Of a DNA stretch of 64,000 nucleotides, positions 57,849 to 64,000 are shown in pieces. The position numbers and the translations under genes were made by a program. Under the pieces are notes generated by a model. The model was given only the letters and a program-made list of their open reading frames with translations, made no database searches and was not told the origin of the DNA. Location of the stretch: positions 31,161 to 95,160 of the forward strand of contig JBBRCB010000009.1 in assembly GCA_038205215.1 (NCBI GenBank), written 5' to 3'. This DNA comes from Chitinophagales bacterium (GTDB taxonomy: Bacteria; Bacteroidota; Bacteroidia; Chitinophagales; Chitinophagaceae). Position 1 is the stretch's first letter. Every line of letters starts with the position of its first letter.

Positions 57849-60569
57849 TTATTCCAGTATCGGCCTTAACCACCTGGCGGCATCATCAAGGCTCATTCCT
57901 TTTCTTTGTGCGTAATCGTTCAACTGGTCCTGTTCTATTTTACCTACGCCAAAATATTTACTTTCCGGATTTGCAAAATACCAGCCCGAAACCGAAGATG
58001 CAGGATACATTGCCAGTGATTCTGTCAATTCGATCCCCGTGGCTTCTTTGCCGCCCAGCAATTCAAATAATTTATATTTTTCTGTATGATCAGGACAAGC
58101 GGGATAGCCCGGTGCCGGGCGGATACCTAAATATTCTTCTTTGATCAGTTGTTCGTAAGTTAAATGTTCATCTGTTGCATAGCCCCAGAATTCCTGCCTT
58201 GTTTTTTTATGCAGTAATTCGGCAAAGGCTTCGGCTAACCTGTCGGCGAGAGCCTGTAAAATAATTTTATTGTAATCATCTAAAGCAGCTTCAAACTTTT
58301 TGATATGTGGCTCAATGCCTTCAATAGTTACAGCAAATGCACCCATGTAGTCCTGGTAATTTTTTTCTGCCGGAGCGATAAAATCTGCTAATGATAAATT
58401 GGGTTGACCAGGAGCTTTTTTTATCTGCTGGCGCAGAAACTGCAATTTTATAACTTCTTTATCTGCCAATACATCAACAGTATCCGGGGCCACTTTATTA
58501 GCGGGCCAAAAACCAACAGCACCTCTGGCGTTCAGCCATTTTTCATCAATGATCTTTTGCAGTAATTTTTTCGCATCAGTATAAAGATTGGTGGCAGCTG
58601 TACCAATAACTGCATCGGTTAATATTGCAGGAAACTTACCATGCATTTCCCATGCAATAAAGAAGGGCTGCCAATCAATGTACTCCGCAACTTCTTCCAG
58701 GCTGTAATTATTAAAAATTTTTGTACCGGTAAAACTGGGGGTTACAGGGCTGAATGTATCCCAATTGATTACTGCACCGTTTTGTTGTGCCCCGGCAAAG
58801 CTGAGCATTTGTTTGCTTGATTTTTTATTACCAAAATCAACTTTCAGTTTATCGTACTCTTTTTTGACCCCACTTAAAAAATCAGGTTTTTGTTCTTTGC
58901 TTAATAAACTCCCGGCAACCGTTACACTACGGCTGGCATCCAGTACATGGATCACGCCTTCATCATATTGGGGTGCTATCTTTACGGCGGTGTGCATACG
59001 TGATGTGGTAGCACCGCCGATCAGTAAAGGTTGGGTCATGCCACGGCGTTTCATTTCATGGGCAACATGCACCATTTCATCCAGTGATGGTGTTATCAAA
59101 CCACTCAATCCTATTATATCAACCTTTTCTTTTAATGCCGTTTCCAAAATCTTATCTGTAGACACCATTACACCGAGGTCAATAATATCATAACCATTGC
59201 AACCCAATACCACGCCCACAATATTTTTGCCAATATCGTGTACATCACCTTTTACAGTAGCCAATAAGATTTTGGCAGCGCCGGCGGATTCCTCATTAAT
59301 GGTACCTGCAGTAATATGCGCCTGCTTCCGGTCTTCTTTTTCCTGTTCGATATAAGGTGTTAAAACAGCTACTGCCTTTTTCATTACTCTTGCACTTTTT
59401 ACCACCTGTGGCAAAAACATTTTACCCGCGCCAAAAAGATCGCCCACTATATTCATGCCATCCATCAGCGGCCCTTCAATAACATCTAATGGCTTCGGAT
59501 ATTTTATCCTTGCTTCTTCCGTATCTGCATCAATATAATCGGTAATGCCATTTACTAAAGAATGCGATAATCTTTTTTCAACCGGCTCATCTCTCCACTT
59601 TTCATCTTTTATAATTTCTTTTCCTTTTGCTTTTACGGTTTCTGCAAAATTGATCAATGCTTCGGTGGCCTGGTTATTGTCATTATTGTGATTGAGTAAA
59701 ACATCTTCACATAAATTTCTTAAGGTAGGATCAATCTCATCATATACTACCAACTGCCCGGCATTTACAATGCCCATATCCATGCCTGCTTTAATGGCAT
59801 AGAATAAAAACACCGAGTGAATAGCTTCCCTTACATGATCGTTACCTCTAAAAGAAAACGACACATTACTTACACCACCACTTACTTTGGTAAGCGGCAT
59901 CAGTTGTTTGATCTCTCTTGTTGCTTCAATAAAATCAACTGCGTAATTGTTGTGTTCCTCAATACCTGTAGCTACAGCAAAGATGTTGGGGTCAAAAATA
60001 ATATCTTGTGGAAGAAAACCCACCTGTTCGGTCAATATTTTATACGCCCGATGACAAATTTCTACTTTACGTTTTTTAGTATCCGCCTGGCCTGCTTCAT
60101 CAAAAGCCATTACAATAACAGCCGCACCAAAGCTTTTGCAGGTAAATGCCTGTTCAATAAACCTGGCTTCCCCTTCTTTCATAGAAATGGAGTTTACAAT
60201 GCATTTGCCCTGTACGCATTTTAACCCCGCTTCTATAATTTCAAATTTAGAAGAGTCGATCATAATCGGTATCCTGGCAATATCAGGCTCGGCCTGTACC
60301 AAATTTAAAAATGTAGTCATTGCCTGAACGCCTTCCAGTAACGCATCATCCATGTTCACATCAATTACCTGTGCACCACTTTCTACCTGCTGCCTTGCAA
60401 CAGATAATGCTTCTTCATATTTACCATCCCTGATAAGGCGTGCAAATTTTTTACTGCCGGTTACATTGGTACGTTCTCCTATGTTTACAAAATTCGTTTC
60501 CGGACGAACCACCAATGGTTCTAATCCGCTAAGGCGTAAAAAAGGTTTGATATGTGTTACTTCACTCAT
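57849..60569 (-). CDS. metH: Methionine synthase, large subunit-like part (pterin-binding + B12-binding + AdoMet-activation domains; no Hcy domain)
   Basis: 906 aa. [12 protein letters not shown]12 motif [12 protein letters not shown]-terminal activation domain. Confidence 0.93.
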   Translation of the reverse strand: MSEVTHIKPFLRLSGLEPLVVRPETNFVNIGERTNVTGSKKFARLIRDGKYEEALSVARQQVESGAQVIDVNMDDALLEGVQAMTTFLNLVQAEPDIARIPIMIDSSKFEIIEAGLKCVQGKCIVNSISMKEGEARFIEQAFTCKSFGAAVIVMAFDEAGQADTKKRKVEICHRAYKILTEQVGFLPQDIIFDPNIFAVATGIEEHNNYAVDFIEATREIKQLMPLTKVSGGVSNVSFSFRGNDHVREAIHSVFLFYAIKAGMDMGIVNAGQLVVYDEIDPTLRNLCEDVLLNHNNDNNQATEALINFAETVKAKGKEIIKDEKWRDEPVEKRLSHSLVNGITDYIDADTEEARIKYPKPLDVIEGPLMDGMNIVGDLFGAGKMFLPQVVKSARVMKKAVAVLTPYIEQEKEDRKQAHITAGTINEESAGAAKILLATVKGDVHDIGKNIVGVVLGCNGYDIIDLGVMVSTDKILETALKEKVDIIGLSGLITPSLDEMVHVAHEMKRRGMTQPLLIGGATTSRMHTAVKIAPQYDEGVIHVLDASRSVTVAGSLLSKEQKPDFLSGVKKEYDKLKVDFGNKKSSKQMLSFAGAQQNGAVINWDTFSPVTPSFTGTKIFNNYSLEEVAEYIDWQPFFIAWEMHGKFPAILTDAVIGTAATNLYTDAKKLLQKIIDEKWLNARGAVGFWPANKVAPDTVDVLADKEVIKLQFLRQQIKKAPGQPNLSLADFIAPAEKNYQDYMGAFAVTIEGIEPHIKKFEAALDDYNKIILQALADRLAEAFAELLHKKTRQEFWGYATDEHLTYEQLIKEEYLGIRPAPGYPACPDHTEKYKLFELLGGKEATGIELTESLAMYPASSVSGWYFANPESKYFGVGKIEQDQLNDYAQRKGMSLDDAARWLRPILE

Positions 60570-60572
60570 TGT

Positions 60573-61037
60573 TTATTTTTTACCAGGATAAGGAAATCCA
60601 ATTGCTTTTCTTGGTTTATTTTCCTGTGTCAATAATTTTTTTAGATACTCAAATATTGTTTTTATGTCTTCGTCATGTTCAACAAGATGCCGCTCTATTT
60701 TTTCTATTTTATTCCAGAGCTCCTTGTTGTCGAAAAGAAGGGCTTTCATTTTAGTAAATACTCTTATGATCTGAATATTTATTTCTATTGCTGTATCAGC
60801 ATTAAGCACTGATGACAGCATGGCAACTCCCTGTTCAGTAAAAGCAAGGGGAAGCTTTCGGGAGCCGCCCCAACTTGAAGTCACAAATTGTGACTTCAAG
60901 TTTTGCCATTCTGGTGCAGTTAGCTGAAACATAAAATCAGCAGGGAAACGCAGGATTTTACGTTTAACAGCCTGGTTTAAAATTTTCACCTCTACTCCAT
61001 ACATTTCTGCCAGGTCTTTATCCAGCATTACTTTCAT
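60573..61037 (-). CDS. ORF6N (KilA-N-like) domain protein, possibly 5'-truncated
   Basis: 154 aa. VMLDKDLAEMYGVEVKILNQAVKRKILRFPADFMFQLT...LKSQFVTSSWGGSRKLPLAFTEQGVAMLSSVLN. Stop lies 3 nt before the metH start. Confidence 0.8.
   Translation of the reverse strand: MKVMLDKDLAEMYGVEVKILNQAVKRKILRFPADFMFQLTAPEWQNLKSQFVTSSWGGSRKLPLAFTEQGVAMLSSVLNADTAIEINIQIIRVFTKMKALLFDNKELWNKIEKIERHLVEHDEDIKTIFEYLKKLLTQENKPRKAIGFPYPGKK
60872..60902. repeat. Perfect palindrome AACTTGAAGTCACAA-A-TTGTGACTTCAAGTT inside the ORF6N CDS
   Basis: 15-nt arms read directly. Encodes LKSQFVTSS. Confidence 0.8.
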
Positions 61038-61190
61038 CCCGCGAATGAAATAAACTTTCTCGATAATTCTCTCTTCTGTTACTTTAATTAGGGTTGACTT
61101 AGCTTTAGCTATACAATTAATTTTTTGGTTAAATAATTAATTATTGACTTTTCTAAGGACCAGGTTTATTTTATAATGAGTCTTCTAAAC

Positions 61191-61215
61191 TTGAAGTCAC
61201 AATATGCGACTTCAA
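61191..61215. repeat. Second copy of the palindrome (TTGAAGTCAC-AATAT-GCGACTTCAA) in the spacer upstream of ORF6N
   Basis: 10-nt arms. The one mismatch is a G-U pair only in the minus-strand RNA. The minus strand translates as LKSHIVTSSLEDSL*. Confidence 0.75.
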
Positions 61216-61234
61216 AAATTTTCATTCATTTTAT

Positions 61235-62233
61235 TTACAAAGCCTCTTCCAATACCGGTAATACCCTCGGTTTAAATTTCCTCACTTCATCAGCAATATG
61301 TTTGATATGATCAGGCGTTGTACCACAGCAACCCCCTACAATATTCAACCAGCTATTGGCAGCCCATTCTTCAATGATATGTGCTGTTTGATGCGGTTGT
61401 TCATCATACTCTCCAAATGCATTGGGTAAACCCGCATTGGGATAGGCGGAAGTATAGCAGCCTGCAATTTGCGATAGCTCCTCGATATGCGGCCTCATTT
61501 CCTGGGCTCCCAATGCACAATTTAGTCCTACACTCAAGGGATTGGCATGCGCAACAGACGTATAAAATGCTTCAAGCGTTTGACCGCTTAATGTTCTGCC
61601 GCTGGCATCAGTGATGGTACCGCTGATCATGATGGGCAATTCGGGCAGGTTATTTTTCCTGAAATAATTTTTGATCGCGTAGATAGCAGCCTTTGCATTG
61701 AGTGTATCAAAAATGGTTTCCACCAGTAAGATATCTACACCGCCATCAACCAAACCTTTTACCTGTTCGGTGTATGCAGCGGCAACTTCGTCGAAGCTAA
61801 CAGCACGGTAGCCGGGATTATTTACGTCTGGTGATAAGGATAATGTTTTATTAAGCGGGCCAATTGCGCCGGCTACCCATGCTGTTTTACCGTTCTGTTT
61901 GATCGCTTCTTTGGCACATTTTGCCGATGCCACATTCAATTCATAAGCCAGTGACTGCATATCATAATCTGCCTGGGCAATGGAAGTGCTGCTGAAAGTA
62001 TTGGTTTCGATGATGTCTGCACCGGCTTCCAAATACTGTTTGTGTATGCCGATGATAATTTCCGGTTGCGTTATGCTCAGCAGGTCATTGTTGCCTTTTA
62101 CATCGGTATGCCATTCTTTAAAACGTTCGCCACGGTAATCGGCTTCCTCCAGTTTATGACGTTGTATCATGGTGCCCATTGCGCCGTCAATGATCAATAT
62201 CCTTTCCTGTAATGCTTTTTCAATTGAATTCAT
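61235..62233 (-). CDS. metH: Homocysteine S-methyltransferase domain protein (N-terminal module of split MetH)
   Basis: 332 aa. [31 protein letters not shown] zinc-site motif. Confidence 0.92.
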   Translation of the reverse strand: MNSIEKALQERILIIDGAMGTMIQRHKLEEADYRGERFKEWHTDVKGNNDLLSITQPEIIIGIHKQYLEAGADIIETNTFSSTSIAQADYDMQSLAYELNVASAKCAKEAIKQNGKTAWVAGAIGPLNKTLSLSPDVNNPGYRAVSFDEVAAAYTEQVKGLVDGGVDILLVETIFDTLNAKAAIYAIKNYFRKNNLPELPIMISGTITDASGRTLSGQTLEAFYTSVAHANPLSVGLNCALGAQEMRPHIEELSQIAGCYTSAYPNAGLPNAFGEYDEQPHQTAHIIEEWAANSWLNIVGGCCGTTPDHIKHIADEVRKFKPRVLPVLEEAL

Positions 62234-62433
62234 GCTACAAATTTAAAACGTTGAATGATGAACAACCGTACAAGAGTGCGACGCCACCGGCGCTGCACAA
62301 TGGTATGATGCCTGTTTCACAATAAATCTTTTTTGAACTTTTAAACGCTGGAAAACCTCGTATGGAGTTTTTTGGACGTTTATTAGTTCTGATTAAGGCT
62401 GAACAATAAACAAATCTGCCTGTATTGCTGTGC

Positions 62434-62476
62434 AAAAATACAATAGAATAGGCACAACACAAAATGTTATGCCTAT
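62434..62476 (-). terminator. Intrinsic terminator after the YceI-like gene
   Basis: On minus-strand RNA, an 11-bp stem AUAGGCAUAAC/GUUGUGCCUAU (one G-U pair) followed by UCUAUUGUAUUUUU. Confidence 0.65.
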
Positions 62477-62502
62477 TGAAATACCTGGTTTAATTATAGT
62501 TT

Positions 62503-63054
62503 TTAAAGCTTCTGGTCGTAATTGCAGGATACAGTGATCTCGATGGTTTTTGCGATGTTATCCCTGTATATTTTAGGAATGCTGATACCGTAATCTGCTA
62601 CGGTAACGATAAATTTCGACGTGCCGGTTATTTTCCCGCTTTTAATGGCAATGGTGCCGCTTGCAGTATTTTTTTTTGTAACACCATGGAGGGTCAAATC
62701 ACCGGAAACGGTAACGGGATAAGTGCCGTCTTTTGTAAAATTAACTTTGCTTATATCGGTGATGTTACCTTTAAAAGTTGATTTAGGAAATTTATCACTC
62801 TCCATGTAATCGGAGTTAAAATGTTCTTCCATCAATGCTTTTTTAAAATGAAAGCCTTTGGTAAGCAAAGAAAACTGGAGTTCACCATTCTGTGTATTGA
62901 TCACTGCCATCACCTGGTTATTGTCTGCCTTGATATCCTCTACTGACGTTTTTGAAAAAAAGGATATACTGCCGTTCTTGGTAAAATATCTTTGTGCTGT
63001 ACTACTACTGCAACAGGTAAGCGCAATTAAAAAAAATAAAATAACCTGCTTCAT
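62503..63054 (-). CDS. YceI-family periplasmic protein
   Basis: 183 aa. Signal peptide. SISFFSKTSVEDIKADNN ... LTLHGVTK pattern. Confidence 0.8.
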   Translation of the reverse strand: MKQVILFFLIALTCCSSSTAQRYFTKNGSISFFSKTSVEDIKADNNQVMAVINTQNGELQFSLLTKGFHFKKALMEEHFNSDYMESDKFPKSTFKGNITDISKVNFTKDGTYPVTVSGDLTLHGVTKKNTASGTIAIKSGKITGTSKFIVTVADYGISIPKIYRDNIAKTIEITVSCNYDQKL

Positions 63055-63058
63055 ATTA

Positions 63059-63523
63059 CTATTGATTTCTTTTTACAATAAAACACCTCGTTACAATAAC
63101 GTCGCCCGGTATACCCATGTCGGCATCGAAATTATACCCGGTGCATATACCCTTTATGGCAATTTTGTTGCCAGTATTTATATTACCGGCCTTGCCTTCC
63201 ATGGTACAGTTTATAAATGCATCATCAGTGGCAGTTTTTAACAAAATAATAGTAATGCCCTGCTGGTCTTTTTTTATTTCGGCTACTTCGCCATTCACTT
63301 CAATCACTTTATGGTTCACTTCATCGCCAACAAATTTATTTTTGGCCAGCACCGAATCGCTTGTAAATGTCTGGTGTAATGCAGTAGCTGTAACAGCAGT
63401 AGCGGCTTCACTGTTTTCCACGCTGAAATGTTTTTTATTATAGAGATAATAAACCACCGCTGCCGCGCATACTAACAGCAGCAGTGTAATTATTATGATA
63501 TTTTTTTTTGTTTTTCGGTTCAT
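63059..63523 (-). CDS. Membrane-anchored OB-fold (tRNA_anti-like) protein
   Basis: 154 aa. N-terminal TM, then ..FVGDEVNHKVIEVNGEVAEI...ITIILL...INCTM...IAIKGICTG. Confidence 0.65.
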   Translation of the reverse strand: MNRKTKKNIIIITLLLLVCAAAVVYYLYNKKHFSVENSEAATAVTATALHQTFTSDSVLAKNKFVGDEVNHKVIEVNGEVAEIKKDQQGITIILLKTATDDAFINCTMEGKAGNINTGNKIAIKGICTGYNFDADMGIPGDVIVTRCFIVKRNQ

Positions 63524-63602
63524 TAAAGAAGTAAAAATAAATCGCTACTACACCGAACGGGTAAACAGTGTAAGAGGTTGCTTTGGCTGTAAAAATGCAG
63601 AA

Positions 63603-64000
63603 CTACCCGGAAGTGCCAATATAATTTTCTACCGGTATGCGGTTGCTGATACTTTTGGCGAGGGTCATTTCATCGGCATACTCCAGTTCACCGCCAAAGG
63701 CAATACCACGGGCGATAGTCGTTATTTTTACGGAGAAATTTTTTAGTCTTTTGCCAATATAATAAATGGTAGTATCGCCCTGTATATTGGGATTGAGCGC
63801 AAAGATTATTTCAATTGTATTTTCTTTGGCAATGCGGCTGATCAAAGAGTCAATCTGCAGTTGCTCGGGCCCGATGCCATCGAGCGGCGATATGATACCA
63901 CCCAACACATGATACAGCCCGTTGAATTGCTGGGTACTTTCAATCGCGATCACGTCGCGGATATTTTCTACTACACAGATCATTTCCTGTTTGCGCATAC
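63603..64000 (-). CDS. recR: Recombination protein RecR (C-terminal Toprim part; 5' end beyond the right edge)
   Basis: ICVVENIRDVIAIESTQQFNGLYHVLGGIISPLDGIGP...EIIFALNPNIQGDTT. Confidence 0.9.
   Translation of the reverse strand, partial: MRKQEMICVVENIRDVIAIESTQQFNGLYHVLGGIISPLDGIGPEQLQIDSLISRIAKENTIEIIFALNPNIQGDTTIYYIGKRLKNFSVKITTIARGIAFGGELEYADEMTLAKSISNRIPVENYIGTSG

Noticed and set aside
62234-62433. Specific call of a cobalamin, SAM-I/II or SAH riboswitch in the metH leader
   Set aside because: I could not locate a B12 box, the SAM-I core or the SAH pseudoknot consensus by eye. It is kept only as a low-confidence flag in the findings.
62235-62462. 75-aa minus-strand ORF directly upstream of metH
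   Set aside because: It spans the YceI terminator and the metH leader. It has no start context or similarity and is better treated as non-coding leader.

Overview
The window looks like chromosomal DNA from a Bacteroidota bacterium, probably Chitinophagia- or Sphingobacteriia-like. Supporting signs are a SusC/SusD pair, a T9SS C-terminal sorting domain, ribosomal protein THX, a two-gene metH and visibly AT-rich DNA. I found no rRNA, tRNA, CRISPR array or transposase.

Gene content, left to right:
- Phenylacetate-CoA epoxidase genes paaC-paaB-paaA and a tetR-paaE pair, separated by a TPR histidine kinase / NarL-type response regulator pair.
- A cupin gene, a DUF2461 gene, a free-standing NUMOD4/HNH homing-endonuclease-like gene, ligA and an amidohydrolase.
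- A same-strand glycan-utilisation block: T9SS-secreted GH13, a degenerate-Nudix (NrtR-like) regulator, SusC, SusD, SusE-like, SusF-like and GH53.
- A small AT-rich accessory patch: an orphan LuxR HTH gene, about 570 bp of unexplained DNA, and DUF4345-like, SnoaL-like and AraC genes.
- rplM-rpsI-rpsB-tsf.
- A second, paralogous TPR-kinase/NarL-regulator pair, followed by six genes for exported or membrane proteins of unknown function.
- A YdiJ-like FAD/Fe-S oxidase, methyltransferases, pyrH, an ECF sigma / anti-sigma / lipoprotein operon, pdxH, THX (a small gene not in the ORF track), HU and xth.
- A split metH with an ORF6N (KilA-N-like) gene between the two halves, then YceI, an OB-fold protein and partial recR.

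Most interesting observations, all read by eye and all needing computation or experiment:
1. A recurring 16-nt inverted repeat with NarL-like 7-2-7 geometry (TACCC core). It marks both two-component loci, the exported six-gene cluster and a remote secreted-protein gene.
2. The six-gene envelope cluster itself. Two of its products end in near-identical TM + ISRLxxK tails.
3. The ORF6N gene sits 3 nt upstream of the large metH gene. Its internal 31-nt perfect palindrome has a second copy in the upstream spacer.
4. A family of tandem or hairpin elements with 7-nt periodicity in spacers and, twice, inside coding sequence.
5. Candidate operators for the TetR (paa) and NrtR-like (PUL) regulators.
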